The notes below the pieces were generated by a model that did not search any database, was not told the DNA's origin, and saw only the letters and a list, made by a program, of their open reading frames with translations. From the NCBI GenBank assembly GCA_951406725.2, contig OX597814.1, positions 88,164,001-88,228,000 on the forward strand: a stretch of DNA of 64,000 nt. Reading direction: 5' to 3'. Every line of letters begins with the position of its first letter. Position 1 is the stretch's first letter. The position numbers and the translations under genes are program-made. Below, piece after piece: positions 53,490-64,000 of this stretch. The DNA comes from Octopus vulgaris (Eukaryota).

Positions 53490-54955
53490 TGCTACGTCTT
53501 CCGACCGCATATATCTTGATTTAATGCGGATCATTTTAAGACTTCCAGCTAAGATGTGAGTGTCCATTTTTGTCAGCATGGTTTGCAGTTGGTCTGTAGT
53601 TTCAGCGATGAATACAATGTCATCTGCAAATCAGAGGTGTGTTAGTTGCTCGCCATTGATGTTCACGCCACCTGTTCTTGATAATCATTTCTAGACATGT
53701 GGTAAAGAGCTTTGAAGATATGGTATCTCCTTACTCGACATCCTTCTCAATTGGGACCCTTTCTGGCAGTAGTACCAGCAGAGCTATGTCTGTTGTGCAT
53801 CCATCCAAGTTTCGCATCTTTGAACAGTTTGATGCATTGTGCCTCGACACCTTGAATTTCCAGAGATCTCAACACTGCGCTCATCTCGACGCTTTTGAAG
53901 GCCTTTTCGTAACCAACAAAACACAGAAGAAGCTTGTATTCGTAAGCTCCTTCTATGATGAGCTGTGTTAGAATGAATATATAATCTATCGTACAATAGT
54001 ACTTACGGAAAACTACTTGCTCTCTCTGCTGTTGGTCGTCGAGGTGCTTCCATAGTCTGGTGACTACGACCTTTGTAAACAGCTTATAGACGAGACAAAG
54101 GGCATATGAGACGATAGTTACTTTAAATCTTCTATATCACCCTTCTTATGAAGCAGGATGATATTTGACTCTTTTCTCAGTTAAGGTATTTTACCCTCTT
54201 TCAGATAGTGATTGAAGTGTAGAACGAGAATTTTCCACAGCTCTTCACCTCTGCATCTGTTGTATTGCCATCTTACCACGGAACTTTGTCTGTTTTCATC
54301 AATTTGAAAGCATTGTCAATTTCATTGATCAGAAAAAGTTGCACTTCTTCAAGCATTTGTGGTGGTGGGGAATGGTTTGCATACCTCCTCCATTTCTCCG
54401 TTGTCTGCCACCGTGAACCCATCCATGTTATTAAGCGCCGTTACATCCGACCTATAGAGAGCCAGCCTTCTCCTGCATCTTTAAAAATTTTTCCTTTCAT
54501 CTGCAGTCTGTATCAATTTATTCAGTCTATAATTCTTGAAGTCGTTTCTTAGATCACTTTGCAGAAAACGGAATGCTCGAGATGATCCTTCATGTTCCTT
54601 TTCATAGTTTCTTTGTTTCTCTCGCATTTTCTTCGTCTCCTCCGAGATTCTTCCGCCTGACTTGAAGTTTTTGCTTTCCATATGCTGCTTCTAATTTTCT
54701 GGACCAGCAGATTGTAGTCCTTATCGAAATCTTCAAGTTCACTCCAGCTTTCCTTCATGATAGCTTCCTGCAACTCTCTTACATCAAAAGCCTTGCCGAG
54801 TTGATTCTTAATTGATTTTTGCAGAGCCTTTTTCTCTCTGTTTTCATTGATCACGATATTTGCCCGTAGCAAGCGATGATCATTTCTTGTGTTTGAATAC
54901 GATACGTGCCTGTGTTGAATATCATGCATGCCAGATTCTTCAATAGCACCGTTCT
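53490..54955 (-). mobile_element. RTE-clade LINE, inverted internal segment (end of EN to RT)
   Basis: DHRLLRANI, KKGDIEDL..YRLICPLS, FVGYEKAF, GDTISSKLFTTCLE, FADDIVFIAETTDQLQTML. Confidence 0.8.
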
Positions 54956-54959
54956 ACAT

Positions 54960-55280
54960 GCGCCTTTATACTGGTTACGATGCATTACTAGAGCATATTG
55001 GAAATGAGATAATCCGAGAGCTGGGCGAAGTGAACGATGTGATCGCAGAACTACGAACGCTCAAGTACTGCAGGGCCGGACATGTCGCAAGATAGACAAC
55101 AGGTAGACCTGTACAGTTGCCGAGTGGTATCCAAGAGATCGGAAAAAGTCACGAGGAACGTCTCCGCGACAGTGGGAAGAAAATTTAGTTAAATAATTTG
55201 GGCCAGGATGGAAAAGAACGGCACGATCAAGCCAGAATTGAAAGCGCATTGTGACCAGCGGTGTGTACAAATATTTGATG
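54960..55280 (+). mobile_element. RTE-clade LINE 3' end
   Basis: LLEHIGNEIIRELGEVNDVIAELRTLKYCRAGHVAR; EWYPRDRKKSRGTSPRQWEENL. Confidence 0.75.
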
Positions 55281-55324
55281 GACTGGTCGGTACTGTGATA
55301 TATGTATATGTATATATATATGTA

Positions 55325-55379
<55 letters not shown>

Positions 55380-55425
55380 ATGTGGTTGGGAAGCAAGCCT
55401 CTTATCACACAGCCACGCTTGCGCC

Positions 55426-55467
<42 letters not shown>

Positions 55468-55491
55468 TTTTAGATACCAATACATCTCATG

Positions 55492-55562
<71 letters not shown>

Positions 55563-55563
55563 A

Positions 55564-55599
<36 letters not shown>

Positions 55600-55951
55600 T
55601 GTATGTATGTATGTATGTGTGTATGTATGTATGTATGTATGTATGTATCTTTGTGTTTGTGTTTGTCCGTTCACCATCGGCAAAAGAGACCGATTGGATA
55701 AGTACTAAGCTTACAAAGAATAAGTACTTCGTCTAAACCATTTTAAGTTGGGGCTCTAGCATGGCCGCAGCCAAAGACTGAAACAAGTAAAAGAATAAAA
55801 GAAAATAAGCATATATATATATATATATATGCATACTTGTATATGTGTGAGTGTGCTGGAATATGTATATTTATGTATGCATGTATGTTGTGTTTGTTTA
55901 TATATATATATATACGTATGTATATATATATATATATACATAATATAATAT

Positions 55952-55999
<48 letters not shown>

Positions 56000-56902
56000 C
56001 ATGCATACACACACACACACATATAGATAGATAGATATTATATATCTGTATGTGTGAGTGTATGTGTGTGTGTGCGAGGGGGAAAGATATATATATAGAG
56101 AGAGAGAGAGAAAGAAAGATAGATGTATTTGCAATTCATTCATGCATATCTAGATAAGCAAGAAATAAATTTTCATTATCTTTCTGTATCACTTTTCCTT
56201 TCACAAGACATTATAAAGCGTTCATTTTTCATTTCTGTTTCTCTCGACAGTATTACCTGATATCACTGAGATTCCTCGAGAGTTTTGCATGTTACTCGAT
56301 CATCTGTTATCATTGATTGAACGGTGTCTCTTCCAGTGATACCTGAGTCAGACAGCTCTCACAATCTAGCTCAGGTAATATCTATTAAATATTTTCGTTT
56401 CATCGTGGTAATTCCACTTACAGTTTATTAATTTCGAGAAACTTATTTTCTTTCTTCTCTTCCTCATAGAATAGCTATAAGGATTATTTCGCAACCTACT
56501 CTTTGCTCCTGCTTTTTAAGTTTACCAAAGGATATCTAACTCATTTCTATTGCACAAGCTCTCACACCCACACATTCCGCCTTTCGCTTCACTGCACAGG
56601 AGACCGACTCAATTCAGAGTCTCTCGACCAGCTACAAATTGCAGCCAAATTTTCCTGAAATTACACACTATTATCTTTATAATGAACAAAATAATAATTT
56701 AATAAAATTTGCATACTTATTATTTTCTTCATTATTAGACACAAGCACAGCTGGGCGGTGAAGAAGCTCACTTTGCAACCACATAATTTTGGGTTCAGTT
56801 CTACTGTCCGGTAACTTGGGAAAGTGTCTTCTAGTATTCCCCTGGGACGACCAATGCTTTGTGAGTGAGGTTTGGTAGATAGAAACTGTGTGGAAGTCTG
56901 TC

Positions 56903-56956
<54 letters not shown>

Positions 56957-57112
56957 GACGGTCTTGATTCACTTTCAGTTTACCAAATCCACGGGTATTG
57001 GTCAGCCCCGTGGCTGTATTAGAAGACACTTGCCCAGAATGCCACGCAGTAGGACTGAACCCGGAACCATGTGGTTGGGAAGCAAGCTCCTTACCACACA
57101 GCCATGCCTGTG

Positions 57113-57658
<546 letters not shown>

Positions 57659-57669
57659 CATACGCACAC

Positions 57670-58630
57670 GACTTTGGCATGTAACGACTTTGGCTTAGCT
57701 ATCAGCCTTAAGAAGACCAACATCATGGGCCAGGCTACATCGGACATCCCAAACATACTAATTGGAGACCACAGATTACAAGAGGTGGAGAAGTTTACCT
57801 ATCTGGGCTCTACCGTCACCTACAACCTATCCCTTGATGCTGAGCTCAATATACGCATTGGCAAGGCAGCTGCTGCGATGGCCCAACTCTCCAAACGGGC
57901 TTGGGACAACAATAAGCTGACCAAGACCACAAAAATGAAGATCTACCAGGCATGTGTACTCAGCACTCTACTGTATGGAAGCGAGACCTGGACGCTATAC
58001 ACACGCCAAGAGAGTCGCCTAAACATCTTTCACCTGCGCTGCCTCCGAAAAATCCTCCACATCAAATGGCAGAATCATATCCCCAACAAAGATGTCCTCA
58101 GGCAAGCAGGAATACCAAGCATGTTTGCACTCCTCACACAAAGACGTATGAGATGGCTTGGGCATGTTAGCCGTATGAAAGATGGCAGAATCCCCAAGGA
58201 CATACTCTACGGAGAGCTTGCTAGGGGTACTAGGTCTGTGGGTAGACCGATCTTACGTTACAAGGATGTCTGCAAAAGGGATACGAAGGCCTGCAACATC
58301 AACATTAGCGGTTGGGAGGCAGTCGCCGGCAACCGTGGAGAATGGCGACGTACAGTAAAAGAGGGTATACAGAGGAGTGACAGAAAGAGAGAGGAGAAAT
58401 GGAAAGAAAGGAAGAGACATAAACAAGAGACCATGGCACTACAACCAGCCAGGAACAGTCTTCGCTACATTTGCAGTACCTGCCAGAGGGAGTGTTTGTC
58501 CAGGATAGGACTACACAGCCACAGCAAGAAATGTAACAGGAAATAAAATATAACAGCCGGACTAGACCTAGAAAAAAAAAAAAAAAAAAAATGCGCAACT
58601 GTCTCCCGAGACAGAAAGGATGCCAAACAA
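57670..58630 (+). mobile_element. 5'-truncated RTE (BovB-like) LINE with an uninterrupted ORF remnant
   Basis: About 290 codons without a stop to 58546: [56 protein letters not shown]-terminal CSTCQRECLSRIGLHSH; 3' UTR hairpin CTGTCTC-CC-GAGACAG. Confidence 0.9.
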
Positions 58631-58986
58631 ACATACGCACACACATACGTATGTGTATGTTTGTGCCAGTGTGTGCCTCGCCTGACAACCATTGTTTCTT
58701 TTACGTCCCTGTAACCAAACATGAACACAAACACGCACACACACATATATACACGCATTTGCATGCTCGCACATACGCACTTAAATGCTCTTTCCTTGCA
58801 AATTATTTGTTGTTTCTTCCAACATCTAAACTAAGCATTAACATCATCAACATCATCAACCTCGTCTATTCATTCATTCATATACCGCAGTCAAACATAG
58901 AAAATCTATAAGCTCTGTCTTTCCTCTTCAGAAGAACAAAATTAAATTGTTCCTGTGTTTGTTTTTGTTTGTTTGTATGTGTGTGT

Positions 58987-59059
<73 letters not shown>

Positions 59060-59644
59060 CACACACACACACACACATGCATGCATACATACATATATTG
59101 TTTTGAAAACTTTGTCATGCTTCACAAATTCTACTCTGATTTGGTCGGTATCTTATCTGTTGATAGCTTTGGGAATACTTATTTAACACGGCGTGTGAGC
59201 TGCCAGGATGTCAACAGGATTCCAGATGTTGAAATATACGTTGGAAGACCACTGAGCACTTTTGACAGAATGTAGAGAATAATAGGTAAATAAGGTGTTA
59301 ACATCGATTGCTTACATACTCATCAAATCAATCGTTTATTAGTAGAAGGGTATAGTTGTAATCAATTGAATCATCTTTCTTTCGTTAATGACATTTATCT
59401 TATGGATAGATGCAAAACCAAATCAACACCAGCAGGATTTGAACCGAAAATGGAGAGGAATGGAATTAAATACTGTACTGGTGTTTCGTTTGACATTCTA
59501 TAATTTCTGCCCACCATTTCTTTCAAATTAAGCGATGAAGAGACCTATCCATAGTCGCTGTACGGATATTGGCGTTGTATCAAAGGTAGATTTCAACATT
59601 TTTATAATCCAAAAATGAGTAATCATTGCATATTAATATTGTTT

Positions 59645-59850
59645 TTAAATTTTGGCACAAGCCCAGTAATGTCGGGTGAGGGGGTAAGTCGATTACATCG
59701 ACCCCAGTGTTCAACTGGTACTTATTTTATCATCGACCCCGAAAGGATGAAAGGCAAATCGACCTCGGGAGAATTTTAACTTAGAACGTAAAGACGGACG
59801 AAATACTGCTAAGCAATTTTCAGGCTAGTGATTCTTCCAGCTTGCCATAT
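59645..59850 (-). mobile_element. Family A SINE
   Basis: Reverse complement of the family A consensus. Confidence 0.8.
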
Positions 59851-59856
59851 TATTAA

Positions 59857-61080
59857 TACTAGAGTATTAAAGATTTCCCCTGATCAACTTCCCAAGGACT
59901 GCGATAAACGAAACTCGATATAATTATTAGTCCTTCTCTACATAGCCACCACCAACGGCGACACACTTCTCCCATCGCTTTATGCAGTTGTGAAGACCTC
60001 GTCCATAGAAGTCGGTGGCTTGCGCCTGGAGCCAATACTTTATCTCGAAAATAAGTTCATCATCATCTGAAAAGTGCTTTCCCTTCAAAAGAGTCTTCGT
60101 GGTTGGAAAGAGGCGGAAGTCAGATGGTGCGAAGTCGAGAGAGTAAGAGGGATGAGTAAGGATTTCATAGCAACAGAAATGTGCTTTCATCTGGGCAACG
60201 TGCACATTGTGAAGTGTGTTATCTTGGAGGAGGCGGATTCCTTTGGTCAGCATGCCACGCCTCTCTGCTTTGATGGTGTCCCGCAATTTTGACTGCAGAG
60301 AAGCATAATATGCCCCGTTATTTGTGATGCTCTTTGCCATCATCACTACTTAGCGCTGGTCCCAAAAGACTGTGTTGCCTGCTGAGGGTTAGACACGAGC
60401 CTTCTTTGGAGGTGGTGAGTTATCATGCTTTCATTGCTTCGACTGGACTTTAGTCTCAGGATCATAGTGATGGACTCATGTCTCATCATGTGTAATAAGT
60501 CTACCGAAAAAGTCATCGTTTTCTTGGCACATTGCCAAAAGAGCCTGGGAGCAAATGACTCGTTCCTGCTTCTGTAAAGGTGTGAGCATCTAGGGAATCC
60601 ATCGTGCAGACAACTTCCGCATGTGCAAATAGTGGTGAATAATTTTTTCCACGGACCCAGCAATTATCTTCATTTGTTGGGCTAGTTGCTGAATAGTTAT
60701 GCGGCGATCTTGGTGGAATGTGGTCGTGAGGAATAGGAGCAGTTTCCACCGATGTCCGACACATTTGAACTGGAGATGCCAGTGCTTGACTACGTTGTAT
60801 GATGGTGCATCGTCACTATAAACTTATTTCATCTCATCGAAAGCCTGTTTTGGTGTACGACCTTTTAAGTATAAGAACCTGATCACTGATCTGCATTCAA
60901 CTGCCTCCTTTAGAACACCTTAATCCACTTCAGCAGCCATAAAGGACAAACGAATGCTAGTGGAAAGCTGCAATTTACAATGTGACATGTAGAGACATGT
61001 ATGATTATACCTGTCCAACTTCGGTTTCCTGCAATAACCGGAAGTGGGCCAGGGGAAATATGTAATGAACACCCCTCGTA
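59857..61080 (-). mobile_element. Decayed full-length mariner related to 31567-32861
   Basis: TIR TACGAGGGGTGTTCATTACATATTTCCCCTGGCCCACTTCC; EAVECRSVIRFLYLKGRTP, LLQDN, SYSLDFAPSDF, WEKCVAVGGGYVEKD. Confidence 0.85.
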
Positions 61081-61091
61081 TTTTAAAATAA

Positions 61092-61293
61092 GGTGGAGAG
61101 CTAGCAGAATCGTTAGCACGCCGGGCGAAATGTTTTAGTGGCATTTCGTCCGCCTTTACGTTCTGTGTTCAAATTCCGCCGAGATTGACTTTGCCTTTCA
61201 TTCTTTCGGGAACGATAAAATAAGTACCAGTTGATGTAATCGACTTACTTCTCCTCCAAAACTGCTGGCCTTCTACCAGAATTTGAAACCAAT
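61092..61293 (+). mobile_element. Family A SINE
   Basis: Family A head and core. Confidence 0.8.
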
Positions 61294-62031
61294 ATCAAAT
61301 TTTATCATTCGTGGGACTTTGCTAGTTGATTAAAATGACCTTAGAGTATTACTGGTACTTATTTTATGATCCCACCCCTGAGGACGAAAAGTAAAGTCAG
61401 AGTCGATCGATAAAATAAAGTACCAGTCAAATAGTAGGATCATTATAATGGGCTATACTCCTCCCTCGAGTTTGAGACCTTGATATGTAAAGTATATCGA
61501 TAGTACTCTGAAACTAGATTTGTCCCTCGACTGCCTGCTTTTAAATACCATCAAAGTAGCACTGTTTACATGCTAAGCTTTCTTTATGGGACTTATAACC
61601 TCTTCCCTATAAAAGGATGTACATAAATAAGTAGTAAATGTTAATTAAAACAAAATCAACGGTGGTGATCATGAATGCCTTCATAGATGTTCATAATCAT
61701 GAAGGCTGCTTTTAAGTGTTCTGTATTTAAACGTGGCTAACTTCTACACTCTCTCTTGGAGAGGCACAGATATTCCTTGCTGGCAAGAGCAGGTCAAGGC
61801 AGACATGAATTGTGGTCCTTGCTGTGGTTAGCTGAAAAATGCTGAGAATTCCTAGCAAATATTCGACCTCAATGTTAACATTTAGCGTTGCTTCTTTTAC
61901 TGGTTTCTCTCATAGTCCTCGCTTCTAAGATAGCCTCTACTAAGAACCAATGTTTTAACCATGGGAAGCAAGTGTATTTAACTACCTGAGGCTTTAGATA
62001 CCAACATATTCTATTGTTAATAAGTAAAAAG

Positions 62032-62245
62032 TACCATATTTTCCGTCATACAAGACGACATAATATATAATGTAAACATGTAGTGTAAATATTTAAATAT
62101 CATCATTGTCTTTCCAAAACCTGATGTATTTCACGTGGAATAATTTTTGGTACTCCAAAGTCGTCTTGGCATATAAATTGACCCATTTTTTTTGGTTGTA
62201 AATTTGGTCTGAAAAATTCGACTTGTAAGCCGGAAAAATATGATA
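62032..62245. mobile_element. Tc2/pogo-type MITE
   Basis: TACCATATTTTCCGTCATACAAGACG / CGACTTGTAAGCCGGAAAAATATGATA. Confidence 0.65.
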
Positions 62246-63136
62246 ATTTAAAATAATAGAAAGAGTGGGCGAAACAAATTATGAACTGTATATTCCCTAA
62301 AAGCTTTACGCCTCGTATTAAATTCGAAATCTGCTGAAACTGATTTTATTTTTCATTGCACGGAATCAATGAATCAATGTTACCAGTGTCAATTCGATCG
62401 ACAGTGCCTCTCTCCAAAGAAATCGACCTTATACTTACTTTCACCTCTGATGTTTTCCTTCCAGACTTACAAGGGCCGTTTTCTATACATCTATTTCCTA
62501 TTTGTTGAAGAAAATGTAATCTTCAAGAAGAAATTTCACAGTCATAAAGTAGTTAAAATCTTGATGCATTTTCCAGTGTCGTCTTTCACGGATTCTTGTT
62601 TGGCCTAAATTAATATTTGATATGAACCATGGGAAACGAAAATTGTTGCTCTTATATTGTAAGTTGAACAGGGAGGTCTTTACTAAAAGGATTCTTTGTC
62701 CTTTTTGTATATTTGTAACTTTTCCAATTCTGGTTATGCTAGAGTACAACTGAAGTAGTTATAAGTTTCTCACTATAAACAGATCTTTGTCTACAATAGC
62801 TTAAATTTTAAACCCTTATTCTTTTCTCAGCAGATAGCCTCAAATTTCACACTTGAAATAACAAACATGATTACAATTCCAAGCTAAGACTTCAAATAAT
62901 TTTCCATTGGTTAAGTTGCATATTTGCTAACTCGCAAAAATTTATCTGTACATGAAGGATCTGTGTTCAACTTCGCCTTGTGTTAAAATCCAATCCTTCC
63001 CTCTTGTTATAAACCAAGCATCATATTCGTTGCGAATACAATAAACTCCCCATGGCCCAGTCTACGTAGCTTTAAATAGATGCCATGGGATAAGACAGTT
63101 CAACGCTAATAGAAGCAGTACCTCTTTCTATAACTG

Positions 63137-63342
63137 ATTTCAAATTTTGGCACTAGGTCAGCAAGGGGTGGGGTAAGTCTATTACATTGACTCCAGAACT
63201 CAACTGGTACTTATTTTATCGACTCCGATAAGATGAAAGGTAAAGATGACCTTGGCGGAATTTGAACTTAGAACGTAAGGACGGACGAAATGCTGCAAAG
63301 CATTTCTTCCGGTGTGATAACGATTCTGCTAGCTTGCCACCT
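63137..63342 (-). mobile_element. Family A SINE
   Basis: Reverse complement consensus; CTCTTTCTAT on both flanks. Confidence 0.75.
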
Positions 63343-63531
63343 TATCTCTTTCTATCATAGGTAAATATTTTGTTTAGTATTGAGTTCAATTAGTGTCGCA
63401 TAGATTGATGAGCTGGATTACCTCAGGTAGATTACAATAATACATCTTTAAGTGGTACCGAACGAATTCTCTGTTCTCTCTCTCTTTTACACTCACACGC
63501 ACACTAGTTTGAGTGTGCATGTATGTATGGG

Positions 63532-63603
<72 letters not shown>

Positions 63604-63708
63604 TGAGTCTAACACTGAAACAATAGTTTTTTTTTTATATGTATAAACTAGTAATATACTTGAAATTACTCCAGTTGTCTTCTTTATGATAATATAATTA
63701 CTGTATTA

Positions 63709-63920
63709 GGCGGCGAGCTGGCAGAATCATTACCGCATCGGACAAAATATTTGACTACATTTTTTCTGATTCTTTACGTTCTGAATTCATTCCACCTAGG
63801 TCAACTATGCTTTATATCCTTTTGTAGTCGATAAAATAAGTACCAGTGAATACTGGGGTCGATGTAATCAATTTCTCCCTCCTCTAAAAATTACTGCTTT
63901 GTACCGAAATTAGGAAGGAT
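63709..63920 (+). mobile_element. Family A SINE
   Basis: GGCGGCGAGCTGGCAGAATC head and core. Confidence 0.75.
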
Positions 63921-64000
63921 ATAGATACGGTATAGAAAACATTGTGACTATGCAACCATCCCCACCACACAGACACAAGGCCTCCTATTTATAAGCGGTG

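Noticed and set aside
58572-58590. A-run as the LINE poly(A) tail
   Set aside because: An RTE-type 3' hairpin and terminal sequence continue after it, so it is probably internal to the 3' UTR.
61690-61980. Possible RTE 5' region on the minus strand
   Set aside because: Only a single weak motif (KLATFKYRTL); insufficient support.
63047-63090. Small hairpin TCCCATGGC...GCCATGGGA (similar one at 11781-11816)
   Set aside because: 9-bp stems are expected by chance in 64 kb.

Overview
AT-rich eukaryotic, almost certainly animal, DNA with an extreme density of microsatellites ((TA)n, (CA)n, (TATG)n, (AAT)n, (GA)n). The SINE families and repeat texture resemble an octopod cephalopod genome (inference). 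I could not support any host protein-coding exon: nearly all listed ORFs are microsatellite read-throughs or decayed transposon fragments, so the window looks intergenic or deep-intronic. It contains (i) many tRNA-derived SINEs of at least three families, (ii) decayed Tc1/mariner elements (a near-intact DD34D mariner at 31567-32861, a related older copy, a maT/DD37D-like element) and several MITEs, (iii) non-LTR fragments (L1/Tx1, RTE, R4/Dong-like) and a decayed Penelope-like (PLE) reverse transcriptase. The most interesting signal is a set of non-coding, 250-510 bp palindromic (fold-back) elements sitting in (TA)n/(CA)n tracts whose arms carry type I hammerhead ribozyme folds, clustered at 35.3-37.7 kb. 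One has an intact canonical core plus a CRE/TATA spacer, and one has the compensatory U3-A8 core. There are also single-copy minimal hammerheads, a tRNA-headed SINE with a hammerhead-like tail and a tRNA-bearing palindrome. Together these suggest a non-autonomous, ribozyme-based retroelement system mobilised by Penelope-like elements. All folds were read by eye and need computational and experimental confirmation.
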